Assembly: GCA_963777155.1 (NCBI GenBank)
Contig: CAVZPM010000034.1
Coordinates: forward strand, 25,924 to 89,923
Source of the DNA: Candidatus Bathyarchaeota archaeon
Lineage (GTDB): Archaea; Thermoproteota; Bathyarchaeia; Bathyarchaeales; Bathycorpusculaceae
Direction of reading: 5' to 3'
Length of the DNA: 64,000 nucleotides
Shown: positions 30,069 to 40,892 of the stretch, one piece after another
Layout: each line of letters starts with the position of its first letter
Position numbering within the stretch: position 1 is the stretch's first letter
Position numbers and translations under genes: made by a program
Notes under the pieces: model-generated
The model's database searches: none
What the model was told of the DNA's origin: nothing
What the model saw: only the letters and a program-made list of their open reading frames with translations

Positions 30069-33000
30069 ATGACTGAAACTACTCCCTCCTCGCCAATGAA
30101 ACGTGTTGAAGATTGGAAATCCAGACTAATTGACCTTTCAAGAAGGAACAACCTGCTCTACTTCCATAAGGGTAAACGCGGAAACCTTCCAATCACCCAA
30201 CCCGACCAACAAAAAATCTTCGATTTACTCGTCATAAAGAAGAATCATTTGGAGTTTTTCACTCCACCCGAAGAAACCAAAGCAGAAAAAGATGAAAAAC
30301 CAAATGCCAATCCCAAGAGGAAAGATAAACCTACCCCTAAAACGTCAAAACCTGAAGTCAAAACAGCCCAAATTGAAGAACCTAAACACCCAACAGCAAA
30401 CCAATTGGTCAGTGACAACCTAAGTCGCGTAGACCTTGATCGTACCCTCAAGAATCTGGAGAGACGCTCACTGCTCGACTACATGGAACGTGGTGTGCGA
30501 ATTTTACATGCGGCTTTTGGGACACTGAATTGGGTAGATCCTGAAACTAAAGAAAACGTTCAGTCCCCACTGATTCTTGTGCCCTTAGAGCTGTCCAAAG
30601 AAACTTTTAGGCAACCTTACAACATTTCTGTGCCACCCGTTGAAGATGAAGCCGTCCTCAACCCTGCATTGCAGGCGAAATTCAAGAATGACTATAAAAT
30701 TGAGTTGCCTCCAATGCCTGAAGAGTGGGAGAAACAAAAATTGACTGATTACTTCAAAATGGTTGAGACAGCTGTGGCAGAGATGGGCTGGAAAACTGAA
30801 CCGTCGGTTGATTTGGGACTGTTTTCTTTTCAGAAGCTAGTGATTTACAAGGATTTGGAATCCAACGCGCCACTAGTTATCCAGCATCCAATTATCAAAG
30901 CAATTTCAGGAATCAAAGAAGACAACTTAATTCTAAGTGGATTGCCTGACGAGAAAGACGTTGACAAGATTGAAGCACCAGCAAAAACCTACCAAGTCCT
31001 AGACGCCGACAGTAGCCAACGCGTCTCCATCGAATACGCCCTACGCGGACAAAGCTTCGTCATGAAGGGACCACCAGGAACAGGCAAAAGTCAGACTATT
31101 GCTAACATCATTGCGGAATGCATCGCTCACGGCAAAAGCGTGCTCTTCGTCAGTGAAAAAATGGCGGCGTTGGAGGTTGTTTACAAGCGGCTAAGCGAAG
31201 TTGGTTTAGCTCATTTCTGCCTTGAACTTCACAGCAGCAAAGCCAACAAACAACAGGTCGTGGCAGAACTCAAACGCAGCCTCGATGAAAACCTAGTCCC
31301 ACGCAAACTGCCCTCGGCCCATGAGTTTGAGCAGATAGCAGAATATCGCGAAGCATTAAATGGCTACGTTACGGTACTCCATGAGAAACGTCCATATTTG
31401 CAGAGAAGCGTCTACGAAGTCCTCAGTATAATCTCCAGCCTTGAACGGACTCCGTTTGTACCGGTCGGCTTAACTGAACTGGGAACGTTAACTCCGCAGA
31501 AGATGAGCGAACTCGAAGACCTCGTTTCGCAGCTAAGTAAAGTTTGGCAGGTTGTCGAAGAACCAGATTTTCCGTGGTTGGGTTACCGTGCTGACAAATA
31601 CAACCTTGAAATCCGGAGTGAACTCCTCACAACTCTTGAGGGCATAAACGAAACTCTCCAAGGGCTTCTGCTTGAAGCGGAAGACTTCTCGGCGCGCCTC
31701 GGTGTTTTCCCCCCAGATACCTTTGAACGCATACAATGGCTCCTCGATGTTAGCAAGTTTCTCTCAGAGAGCCTCCAACCCGAAGCATACTGGTTAACTC
31801 ACTCGAACCTTGATGAGCTCGTAAATGAAGCTAAAAATTATCTTGAAACCAGCATTTGGATAAAGAACACACGAGCAAACCTTCTGGAACGTTATCAGTC
31901 CAGTTTGTTCACTCTTGCTCTAAATAGGTCAGCAGAGATACAGCTGGTAGTCGAAGCCATAGGAAAGATGCTTCCAGCTGTTAACGTGGATACAGGGAAC
32001 CTATTGACAAAATGTGAAAAATTATTATCTTACCTTAGAAGCACCCAATTAGCCGCCCGTAAATGGCGTGAAACCTCACAAGCCCTTGCACAGCTCCTTG
32101 GATTGGATGCGGTCGACTTGACGGTCACACAATTAAAGCAGCTCTCCAGGATGGCGATGCTGTGCTTTGCCGACGATAAGCCCGAGCCACAGTGGTTTGA
32201 CTCAAAATACCTCGAGCAAGTCCAGGAAACGGTCGCCAAAGCCAAACAGCTCTACCAAGAACACAACCTCCTAAAGAGTCGTCTCGAGCAGATATATTCT
32301 GATGGGATCTACGAGTTAGACCTCGATGGTCTCATAGAACGCTACGGCGGAGAATACCAAAGCAGCTTAAGACTCTTCAACTCAACCTACCGCAACGACC
32401 AAAAAAGAATTGCCCATGTAACCAACGACGGAAAAGTTCCCAAAGAAATCCTAAATGATCTCATCGATGCAAGAAAAGTAAAAAGACTCCATGATAAAAT
32501 CGAAAAAGAAGCCGAAACTTTCCGCGTTCTAATGGGGCACTTCTACAACAGGACGCGAACAGATTACCAGGGTGCAGAAAAAGCTATAGCGCTAACAGAC
32601 GAGATCAAAAAGCTATCATGGGCAACCCAAATCCCAGAAAAACTGATCTCGTTACTAACGAATTCTTCGAACCCTTCACCTATGATTAAGAATTTGAGTT
32701 TGGAACTGCAGGAATCAGTGGACAAATGGGAGCAACAGGGTAAAGATTTAGAATCGCTTATTCCAGTGAGCTTGCCAAAATCTGACGCATCCATTAACTG
32801 GACGTTGCTTTCGCTGCTTGAGGAATGGGCAAGCGAAACAGAGAAACAACTAAACGCACTCTGCACGATCACTAAAGATACCTTAGCAACTAGCAAACAG
32901 GAACCACAAAACTACAAACAACTTATCGAAGATCTTAAAAACGCAGAAGAAATCCGAAAAAAAGAAACCCAAATTGTAGCCGAAAAAACCCAGCTACAAA

Positions 33001-35723
33001 CCAAATTCGGAAGCCGCTTCCAAGAATTAGGAACCAACTGGCAAGACATCGTCTCGGTACTTGAATGGTGCAAAAAAGTACAAGCTGCCTTCGCTGATAT
33101 CCCCGTGCCACAAGCCTTTGCAGACATTGCCGCTCAAGGATACAAGTCAGCGCCATCAAACTTAGAGTTAACTCAAAGAAAAGAGGCGTCCTTGAAGGTT
33201 TTGACAGATTTTGAAAAGCGCTTTGAAACAGAGATTAGATATCAAAATCAGAAACTGAAAGAATTGGAAATAAAAGTCATAGGCGAACGCATTCAGGCAC
33301 TCCGCGAACGCGTGGATGAGGTGCAGGTTTGGATTGACTTTAAAGATGTCAAAAACCGCTTTACCCTCAGAAACCTTGACCCCTTCTTTGACAATTTAGT
33401 TGAGCAAAATATTGCGGCAGGTGACTTGGGTGCTGTTTTCCGCAAAAGTGTCTATCAGGAATGGATAAATAACCTTTATAACGAAGACCAGACTTTGGGC
33501 AGGTTCCGCCGGGAAAACCACGAGCAGTTAATTACTGATTTCCGAAAACTTGACCAAGAACTAATTCGCCTCACTTCCAGCATGGTTATTGAATCCGCCA
33601 ATAGTAGAAAACCCCAAGACATCCTCATCCAAGCAGCTGACTCAGAAGCCAACATTCTGCTCAAGGAAGCCGCAAAAAAACGACGATTGATGCCCATCAG
33701 AACTCTGATGCAAAAGATACCAAACCTCCTGGTTAAACTCAAACCATGTTTATTGATGAGCCCAATCTCCGTAAGCCAGTTTCTACCCCCAGACAACAAA
33801 TTCGACCTTGTTCTCTTCGATGAGGCATCGCAGCTTGTCCCCGAAGACGCTATCGGTGCAATCTACCGAGGAAAAACCCTCGTGGTCGCAGGAGACAACA
33901 AGCAGTTGCCACCCACAAGCTTTTTCCAGAAAAACTTTATCGACGACGTCGACTGGGATGAACTAAGCGACGACGACATCGAAATCTTCGACAGCATACT
34001 TGACGAGTGCTTGGGCATCGGCTTGCCCGTAAAAACGCTAAGGTGGCACTACCGCAGCAAACACGAAGAACTAATCGCGTTCTCCAACCACCGCTTCTAC
34101 GACGACACCATGATAACGTTCCCAGCAGCAAAAGCAGAAACTGATAGTTTAGGCGTAAAACTTGTTCACGTGCCAGATGGCATCTACGACCGCGGCGGCG
34201 CAAGAAACAACCTCAAAGAAGCAGAAAAAGTCGCCGAACTCGTGTTTGACCATTTTAAAAATTACCCTAAAAAAACCCTCGGAGTCGTAACTTTTAGCAT
34301 TGCTCAGATGGATGCTGTTGAGGAAGCTATAGACCGCCGACTTAAAGAACAGCCCGACTTTGAGAATTTCTTCAAAGAAGACCGTTTGGAAGGCTTCTTC
34401 GTGAAGAACCTCGAGAACGTACAGGGCGACGAACGCGACGTCATATTCTTCAGTGTCGGCTATGGATTCGACCAGCAGGGACAAATGACCCTGAACTTTG
34501 GACCCCTAAACAAACCAGGTGGCGAGCGACGCTTAAACGTTGCCGTCACGCGTGCCCGGGAAAAAGTTGTTCTGATTACCTCGATTCACGGCAGTGACAT
34601 CGACAAAGAAGCAAAAGCCATAGGAATTCAAACCTTGCGAGCATACCTTGATTACGCAGAGCACGGACCAGTTCTTCAATTAGCTGATTCTAGCGCAGCA
34701 GTGTTTGAATCGGCTCTGGACGAAGACGTAGCAGCTGAAATCAAAAAGATGGGGTACGAAATTGTCCCAGAAGTTGGTTGTAGCGGTTATAGGATCGACA
34801 TCGGCGTGGTGGACCCAGTGAACAAAGGATGCTTTCTTCTTGGTATAGAATGCGACGGAGCCACATACAAATCAAGTAGCAGTGCTCGAGACCGCGATCG
34901 ACTTCGAGAACAAGTCCTTCGGCAACTGGGTTGGCGCATCCATCGGATTTGGTCACCAGCATGGGTTGCAAGACGCGACTCAGAAATAAGGCGGCTAAAA
35001 GAAGTCCTTGAACAAGCCCAGAAGATACAACTTGATAAAGAAATCCAAAAACCCATAATCGGCATCAAAGAAGCGCCTCAAACAGATGTACAGAAAAATG
35101 CCTTTGGAGGTATAGAGAAAATCGGTGTCCCATACAAAGTCTACCCTCTGAAGGCTACCTATAATCCCTACATCAAAGTTACAACTGCCAAGACTACATA
35201 TGACTCCAAACAGAAGAACGAGTTTCACTTCCCGGAGAATAGAGAAAACCAGACCAACCTTCTCTCTGAACTAATTCAAAACGAGGGGCCAGTTCACTTT
35301 GACTATGCCGTTGAACGCTTAGCGGCTACGTGGGGTATTAAGCAAGTCAACCCAAAGATCGCCCATGCCGTAAAAGAAGCATTGAACAATCTGATTAGAG
35401 AACAGAAAGTTGCAATCAAGGGTAGTTTTCTCTGGCCAACAGGGCTTAAACAGACACCTGTTCGTGTTCCAATTCAGGGTATCCTCGAATCTAAGCGTAA
35501 ACCTGAATACATCACGCCTGAGGAGGTTGAATCGGCAATGATAACCGTTGCCAAGTACGCTTTAGGCATAAGTGATGATTCGTTGATTGCTGAAACCGCT
35601 AAAGTCTTCGGACTTAATCATTCAGGCGAAGAAGCAAAAATAGTATTTTCTGAGGTTCTCAAGCGGTTGATTAGAGAAAGAAAGGTTGTCTGCAAAGACG
35701 ACGGCACAGTTACTGTAGCTTAA
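30069..35723 (+). CDS. DUF4011 - SF1 helicase - Vsr/MTES_1575-like nuclease - DUF3320 protein (Hhe-like architecture)
   Basis: WKSRLIDLSRRNNLL (DUF4011), GPPGTGKS, DEASQ, GDNKQLPP, HYRS, VQGDERD, RRLNVAVTRAR, GYRIDIGV..IECDG..LGWRIHRIWS. Confidence 0.88.
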   Translation: MTETTPSSPMKRVEDWKSRLIDLSRRNNLLYFHKGKRGNLPITQPDQQKIFDLLVIKKNHLEFFTPPEETKAEKDEKPNANPKRKDKPTPKTSKPEVKTAQIEEPKHPTANQLVSDNLSRVDLDRTLKNLERRSLLDYMERGVRILHAAFGTLNWVDPETKENVQSPLILVPLELSKETFRQPYNISVPPVEDEAVLNPALQAKFKNDYKIELPPMPEEWEKQKLTDYFKMVETAVAEMGWKTEPSVDLGLFSFQKLVIYKDLESNAPLVIQHPIIKAISGIKEDNLILSGLPDEKDVDKIEAPAKTYQVLDADSSQRVSIEYALRGQSFVMKGPPGTGKSQTIANIIAECIAHGKSVLFVSEKMAALEVVYKRLSEVGLAHFCLELHSSKANKQQVVAELKRSLDENLVPRKLPSAHEFEQIAEYREALNGYVTVLHEKRPYLQRSVYEVLSIISSLERTPFVPVGLTELGTLTPQKMSELEDLVSQLSKVWQVVEEPDFPWLGYRADKYNLEIRSELLTTLEGINETLQGLLLEAEDFSARLGVFPPDTFERIQWLLDVSKFLSESLQPEAYWLTHSNLDELVNEAKNYLETSIWIKNTRANLLERYQSSLFTLALNRSAEIQLVVEAIGKMLPAVNVDTGNLLTKCEKLLSYLRSTQLAARKWRETSQALAQLLGLDAVDLTVTQLKQLSRMAMLCFADDKPEPQWFDSKYLEQVQETVAKAKQLYQEHNLLKSRLEQIYSDGIYELDLDGLIERYGGEYQSSLRLFNSTYRNDQKRIAHVTNDGKVPKEILNDLIDARKVKRLHDKIEKEAETFRVLMGHFYNRTRTDYQGAEKAIALTDEIKKLSWATQIPEKLISLLTNSSNPSPMIKNLSLELQESVDKWEQQGKDLESLIPVSLPKSDASINWTLLSLLEEWASETEKQLNALCTITKDTLATSKQEPQNYKQLIEDLKNAEEIRKKETQIVAEKTQLQTKFGSRFQELGTNWQDIVSVLEWCKKVQAAFADIPVPQAFADIAAQGYKSAPSNLELTQRKEASLKVLTDFEKRFETEIRYQNQKLKELEIKVIGERIQALRERVDEVQVWIDFKDVKNRFTLRNLDPFFDNLVEQNIAAGDLGAVFRKSVYQEWINNLYNEDQTLGRFRRENHEQLITDFRKLDQELIRLTSSMVIESANSRKPQDILIQAADSEANILLKEAAKKRRLMPIRTLMQKIPNLLVKLKPCLLMSPISVSQFLPPDNKFDLVLFDEASQLVPEDAIGAIYRGKTLVVAGDNKQLPPTSFFQKNFIDDVDWDELSDDDIEIFDSILDECLGIGLPVKTLRWHYRSKHEELIAFSNHRFYDDTMITFPAAKAETDSLGVKLVHVPDGIYDRGGARNNLKEAEKVAELVFDHFKNYPKKTLGVVTFSIAQMDAVEEAIDRRLKEQPDFENFFKEDRLEGFFVKNLENVQGDERDVIFFSVGYGFDQQGQMTLNFGPLNKPGGERRLNVAVTRAREKVVLITSIHGSDIDKEAKAIGIQTLRAYLDYAEHGPVLQLADSSAAVFESALDEDVAAEIKKMGYEIVPEVGCSGYRIDIGVVDPVNKGCFLLGIECDGATYKSSSSARDRDRLREQVLRQLGWRIHRIWSPAWVARRDSEIRRLKEVLEQAQKIQLDKEIQKPIIGIKEAPQTDVQKNAFGGIEKIGVPYKVYPLKATYNPYIKVTTAKTTYDSKQKNEFHFPENRENQTNLLSELIQNEGPVHFDYAVERLAATWGIKQVNPKIAHAVKEALNNLIREQKVAIKGSFLWPTGLKQTPVRVPIQGILESKRKPEYITPEEVESAMITVAKYALGISDDSLIAETAKVFGLNHSGEEAKIVFSEVLKRLIRERKVVCKDDGTVTVA

Positions 35724-36402
35724 TTTCCTCATTTATTTTCTTAATCAGAACAGGCAAATCCGTCAACGATGTTATTATGTAGTTTGCACTGTTGCCCATC
35801 AACTGCTCAGTTGAGGATAAACCAGTCGTTAACCCTACAGCGACGGCTTTTAGCTCTGCGGCGCTTTGCATATCAACAATGCTGTCACCAACAATCAAAG
35901 TATCTTTGGGGCGAACACCCAAGGTTTTAAGGGCCAATTCAAACTGTTCAGTATGTGGCTTAACATACTTTACCCTATCTCTTGGAACAACTACCTTGAA
36001 GTAGCTGTCAATTTTAAATCGATGCAAAATATAGTTGACCGCTCTTTCGCTATTCGTTGTGCACAAACCCATTCTCAGGTTCATTTTCTGTAGAGCTTTG
36101 AGGGTTTCAACCACTCCACTCAGCAAGCTTGTGGATGCAGCGGCTTCCATCTCATATTTTTCGGCAATAACCAATGCGCGATTTCGGATTTCATCAAAGG
36201 CTTCTGCAGACTTGGAGTTGTTTTTGACAAAAATCTCTGCTTTTTTAAGCATTTCAAAAATGCTCTCATTTACTTCTAGAACAGAGATGGGCACACGTGT
36301 ACTGATAAGGTAACTGCGGACTTCAGATCGTAAAGCTTTAAAATCCAAGTTGAAGTGGGCTAGTGTTCCGTCTAAGTCAAATATCACTGCTTCTATCGTC
36401 AA
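35710..36402 (-). CDS. HAD-family hydrolase/phosphatase
   Basis: FDLDGTL, CTTN, KPH, VGDSIVD. Confidence 0.9.
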   Translation of the reverse strand: MTIEAVIFDLDGTLAHFNLDFKALRSEVRSYLISTRVPISVLEVNESIFEMLKKAEIFVKNNSKSAEAFDEIRNRALVIAEKYEMEAAASTSLLSGVVETLKALQKMNLRMGLCTTNSERAVNYILHRFKIDSYFKVVVPRDRVKYVKPHTEQFELALKTLGVRPKDTLIVGDSIVDMQSAAELKAVAVGLTTGLSSTEQLMGNSANYIITSLTDLPVLIKKINEEIKLQ

Positions 36403-36584
36403 GACTGTTAGCTCCGTTTTCCGTCGGGTGGTTTGGGGTTAACACTTCTCTAACAGAAATATACCTTGTGGTAATCCTTAACAGTGGCTAATAGAAGGCT
36501 ATTGACAGGTATTGAGTTTATGCTTTCCGATGTAGTGTACGGTAGACTAATAACCTCATAGATGCATCAAATGGTTGATGGCCT

Positions 36585-36800
36585 ATGAACATAGAAGATT
36601 ACACTAAAGAAAGACTTTGGCAGTTACTCGTCCAAGCAGTCCACGCATCTGTAATGTATCCAACTCATAAGGCATATACTCGCGACAGCATATTGCCAAA
36701 GAATGCTGAAATTTCTCCGACTGAACTTGCAGAGCGATTAGGGATGCCGCTTGGTGAGGCGATGGTTATTTTGAGCGAGTTAGCACAAGATAGAACATGA
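36585..36800 (+). CDS. Small hypothetical protein (HTH-like C-terminus)
   Basis: 71-aa ORF with ISPTELAERLGMPLGEAMVIL. Confidence 0.6.
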   Translation: MNIEDYTKERLWQLLVQAVHASVMYPTHKAYTRDSILPKNAEISPTELAERLGMPLGEAMVILSELAQDRT

Positions 36801-36812
36801 TTTGTTTGCGGC

Positions 36813-36832
36813 TTATGTTTTTTGGCGCATAA
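36813..36832. promoter_or_regulatory. Candidate ModE operator upstream of tupA
   Basis: TTATG-N10-CATAA next to a TATA-like TTTATAT (36844); a similar site precedes modE. Confidence 0.45.
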
Positions 36833-36884
36833 TAGTCGATATGTTTATATTTGCATTTCGGGTTCCCTAAAAATAGGGAAAAGA

Positions 36885-38268
36885 ATGAAAACAACATCAA
36901 TAATAGCAATCGTACTTATCGTAATAATCTTGTCCGGAGTGGGCGCATATGCTGCTTACACCTACAGCCAAAACAACGAACAAAACACAAAGCCAACCCC
37001 AACACCCTCACCTTCTCCAACTCCATCAATCACACCTTCGCCAAGTCCTACCCCTACCCCAACGACAAGACCTACCCCAACTGCAAGCCCAACAGCATCT
37101 CCTATCCCCTCGCCGTCCCCTACTCCTATGCCTAGCCCAACCACTTTGAAAGTTGCTACAACAACAAGCCTCTACGACACAGGTCTAGAAGATACTCCTG
37201 AAACTTTGAAAAACGGTACTGTCATTAAGAGATGACTTGAAAGATTCCTTCCAAGCCAAATATCCATGGATAACCGTCAACTTCATTGCTTTAGGAACAG
37301 GTGCCGCCATAGCTCAAGCACAAAGAGGCGACGCAGACATGCTCCTAGTTCATTCACCATCACAAGAACTAACCTATCTCAAAGGTGGTTATGGAGTAGA
37401 CCGTAAAATAATCGCATACAACTACTTCATCATTGTCGGACCAGCAAGCGATCCTGCGCACATCAGCGGTTTGACTAATGTAAGCCAAGCCTTAGTAAAC
37501 ATCTATACTGCCGCCCAAACCCCTGGTAATAATGTACTTTGGTTCTCAAGGAACGATGCTTCAGGAACAAACACAAAAGAGATATCGCTCTGGACAGCCG
37601 CAGGCTACAACTACACTCAATTAACAAATACAACATTGAATGGTTCATGGTTTAAATCTACTGGAACAGGAATGGGACAAACACTACTGGCTACAAACTA
37701 CTATGGCAGCATTGGTGGATATACTATTGCAGACACAGGAACGTACCTATCTTATTCTACGAGGGGTGACATTCAGCTGAAAGTGCTAGTCCAAGGACAA
37801 CAATCCTTGCTAAACGTATACAGCGCAATAATTGACGATCCCAGAAACGCTGCTCTAACAAATACAAACTTTGCTGCTTCTCTATTATTCGTTAACTACT
37901 TGGTGTCTCCTGAAGGTCAACAGTTGATCGGTAACTATGGTGTAACAATCTACAACCAATCACTATTTACTCCGTTTGTACCGTTAGCCAGTGGCGCTGT
38001 TTCCAACGATACAGTGTTAGGCTGGATAAAGAGCTACGCCTATATGAGCTCTGATACAGTGCCAGTAATAAGCGCAAGTGGAACCGAGTGCCCAACACAA
38101 TACCGCTACAATGCAGGCGACCTCTTTTCAGCGACATATGACTTAGTGGCTAACTTCAATGCCAACATTTCGATAAGCACTCCAAACTACTACGTTGCCG
38201 ACAAACAAAAAATTACACTCGCACAAGCAATGCCAACTCCAAGCAGCAGTAAAGTCTACAGGACATAA
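36885..38268 (+). CDS. tupA: Tungstate ABC transporter substrate-binding protein TupA (frameshift near 37231)
   Basis: [45 protein letters not shown]; N-terminal TM plus Pro/Thr/Ser linker. Confidence 0.88.
36990..37143 (+). repeat. Low-complexity Pro/Thr/Ser linker within tupA
   Basis: [51 protein letters not shown]. Confidence 0.8.
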
Positions 38269-38308
38269 AGTTAGGAAAAACTAAAATTTAATTTCCCTTA
38301 TTTTCTTT

Positions 38309-39064
38309 GTGATATGCATGGCTGATATTATCGTTGAGGCTTTCCAGCAAGCACTTAATTTAATCGCAAGCGGAGATCCTGAAGTATACGCAACCATTTA
38401 CAGAACAATATATGTCTCAGGCTTAGGAACTCTAATGTCGTGTCTATGGAGTATTCCCCTCGCAGTAGCTATAGGTCTGTATAATTTCAGAGGAAAATGG
38501 TTCATCAAAGGCATCTTTAATGCCTTAATCGGCATCCCTACAGTGGCTCTTGGACTGCTTCTGTTTTTACTTTGGTCACGACAGGGAGAATTCGGCTTCC
38601 TAAACCTTATGTACACACTCAACGGCATGGCAATCGGACAAGCCATACTAGTTACTCCGATAATAGTTAGTTTTACAGCTAACGCTCTAGGTAATGCTGA
38701 TGCTCAATTGAGAGATTTAGCAAAAACCCTTGGCGCATCAGGTTTACGAACAAACGTGACACTTGTTCGCGAAACTTTCTGGTCCATGATTCTTTCCATT
38801 ACTTCAGCTTTCAACAGAGGATTTGGTGAACTCGGAATAGCAACCATCATAGGTGGTAGTTTAGCGGGTGAAACAAGAGTTTTAACTACTTCTATCGCTC
38901 TTGACCTAAACCGCGGATTCTTCGACATTGCTATGGCATATGGTGTAATCCTTATGGCAATAGTAATCGTACTGGCATTAACCGTAAGCCTAATCGAACG
39001 GGTCAAAGATGAACGTGGCGAAATTAGAAAATTCATTTTGTGGAAAGGGTTATTCGGAGGTTAA
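38309..39064 (+). CDS. tupB: Tungstate ABC transporter permease TupB
   Basis: PTVALGL, GQAILVTPII, TRVLTTSIAL. Confidence 0.88.
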   Translation: MICMADIIVEAFQQALNLIASGDPEVYATIYRTIYVSGLGTLMSCLWSIPLAVAIGLYNFRGKWFIKGIFNALIGIPTVALGLLLFLLWSRQGEFGFLNLMYTLNGMAIGQAILVTPIIVSFTANALGNADAQLRDLAKTLGASGLRTNVTLVRETFWSMILSITSAFNRGFGELGIATIIGGSLAGETRVLTTSIALDLNRGFFDIAMAYGVILMAIVIVLALTVSLIERVKDERGEIRKFILWKGLFGG

Positions 39065-39067
39065 GAA

Positions 39068-39784
39068 GTGAGCATTCATCTCCAATTATCCGAGATCAAA
39101 AAATGTTACCGTAGCGTTAAGGCCTTAAATTCGGTTTCACTAGAAATGGAAGGCGGCAAAATAATTGTATTGCTTGGAGTCAACGGTGCTGGTAAAAGCA
39201 CCCTCATGCGCATCCTATCTGGCTTAGAGAACCCTGACAGCGGAACAATCCTCTTCAACAACCAAAACACAGATGCGAAAACCTTGCGCCACATTTCAAC
39301 TCTGGTTTTTCAGAAAACCATCATGTTCACCATGAACGTCTACGACAACTTGGCATACGGGCTCAAAATAAGAAGGGTTCCAAAAGAGGAAATTGCCAGG
39401 AGAATACCTGAAGCACTTCAAGCGGTCAGGCTTTCAGGATTCGAAAAGAGACGAGCAAAAAAACTCTCAGGGGGCGAGCAACAAAGAATCGCATTAGCAA
39501 GAGCATTTCTGCTTGATCCGAATGTTTTGTTTTTGGATGAGCCCACAGCAAACCTTGATCCAAACAGCGCAACCATAATTGAGAAGGCAATAATTGGCAA
39601 AAAAAGTAGCCAACGAATCATTGTTATGGCTACTCATAATCTCAACCAAGCAAGGCGAATGGCTGATGAAATAGTCCACATTCACGACGGCGAAATAGTG
39701 GAGGTTGCCAAGCCAGAGGATTTCTTTTTGAATCCTAAAAGCGAAATAACCCGCAAATTCATCAACGGCGAACTAGACTTCTGA
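39068..39784 (+). CDS. tupC: Tungstate ABC transporter ATPase TupC
   Basis: GVNGAGKST, LSGGEQQR, LDEPT; operonic with tupAB. Confidence 0.85.
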   Translation: MSIHLQLSEIKKCYRSVKALNSVSLEMEGGKIIVLLGVNGAGKSTLMRILSGLENPDSGTILFNNQNTDAKTLRHISTLVFQKTIMFTMNVYDNLAYGLKIRRVPKEEIARRIPEALQAVRLSGFEKRRAKKLSGGEQQRIALARAFLLDPNVLFLDEPTANLDPNSATIIEKAIIGKKSSQRIIVMATHNLNQARRMADEIVHIHDGEIVEVAKPEDFFLNPKSEITRKFINGELDF

Positions 39785-39793
39785 AAACTAGTC

Positions 39794-40024
39794 CTAGTCT
39801 TTCCAACTTTTAAAATTGGAAAGTCCTTCCTTTTTCATTGCAGCTAAGAAATGCTCCCGTTCCGATTGAGGTAGCAAAGCGCAGACACCTAATTGTCGTT
39901 CACCTCTTTCACGTTGTCCTTCAGTGGTTTCGTCAAAAACGCATCTTTTATGCCCTTTGATTAAAAGAATGCACTTAACATTTTTATCAAATTCACAGTA
40001 TATTTTACGACCAAGCTTGCCCAT
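39794..40024 (-). CDS. Small Cys-containing hypothetical protein
   Basis: 76-aa ORF with an upstream GGAAGG; no recognised family. Confidence 0.45.
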   Translation of the reverse strand: MGKLGRKIYCEFDKNVKCILLIKGHKRCVFDETTEGQRERGERQLGVCALLPQSEREHFLAAMKKEGLSNFKSWKD

Positions 40025-40292
40025 TTCTGAATACCTTCCAATGTATTTTAATCATTGCGTTTTTCCCTTTTGTCGCAAACTACGCAGTTTATCAAATATC
40101 CTAACAGAAGAATATATTGGAATTGTTCATCAATCATTTGGTTTGCAGGCGCTTATATCGATTTATTTTCACCACAATCAAGAAACCCAAAGGCAAGCAA
40201 GATAAAACCCAGTCTTTGGCGTAGTCTGTTGGTTGTTGTGGAAAGAAAATGTTCGCTACAACTACTGAAGAAAAAGTCTGCTGAGTAACTTT

Positions 40293-40312
40293 ATATGGCT
40301 TTTATCGCATAA
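40293..40312. promoter_or_regulatory. Candidate ModE autoregulatory site
   Basis: ATATG-N10-CATAA overlapping the TATA-like TTTATAT upstream of modE. Confidence 0.4.
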
Positions 40313-40323
40313 ACATAATTAGA

Positions 40324-40881
40324 ATGCTTAGCAACAAAAAACATACTCTCTCATGCAAAGCCTGGCTTGAATACAAAGGAAAACCCCTAATCGGCAAAGG
40401 CGGAGCAGAAATCCTCGAAACAATAGACAAAGACCACTCAATTTCTAAGGCGGCAGAAACGTTAGGTATGTCTTACCGCTACGTTTGGAATTACATACAA
40501 GAAATCCAGACAGCAATGGAAGAGCAGATTGTTGAGACCTACAAGGGCGGCAAATCCGGCGGAGGTGGCGCGAAGTTGACTGATTTAGGCAGAAGTTTGC
40601 TGGGCGAGTATAAGCAAGCGGAGATTTATTTGGATAAAGTTTTATCCAATCCTGGCTGTTTGGAGGTGAAAGGTTTGAAATTAAGTGCACGGAATCAGTT
40701 TAAAGGAAAAGTAGTTGCTGTTGAAAAAGGAATCATAACTGGGAAAGTTAAGGTTGAAATCAAGATGCCAGTGACTGTTACAGCGGTAATTACTAAAGAA
40801 GCTATTGAAGAGTTAGATATTAAAGTGGGAGACGAAGTTTCTGCAATCGTGAAGTCAACAGAAATCATGATTGCAAAATAA
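40324..40881 (+). CDS. modE: ModE-family regulator (wHTH plus single TOBE)
   Basis: SISKAAETLGMSYRYVW, GGKSGGGAKLT, LSARNQFKG TOBE. Confidence 0.9.
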   Translation: MLSNKKHTLSCKAWLEYKGKPLIGKGGAEILETIDKDHSISKAAETLGMSYRYVWNYIQEIQTAMEEQIVETYKGGKSGGGGAKLTDLGRSLLGEYKQAEIYLDKVLSNPGCLEVKGLKLSARNQFKGKVVAVEKGIITGKVKVEIKMPVTVTAVITKEAIEELDIKVGDEVSAIVKSTEIMIAK

Positions 40882-40892
40882 ATTTTTTTAAT

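Noticed and set aside
36460-36512. Possible nested hairpin (ATACCT/AGGTAT; CAGTGGCT/GGCTATTG)
   Set aside because: Relies on several G-U pairs and short stems; not distinguishable from chance by eye.
37225-37240. TGA in tupA as selenocysteine or readthrough
   Set aside because: The downstream coding sequence is in a different frame, so this is an indel, not an in-frame stop.
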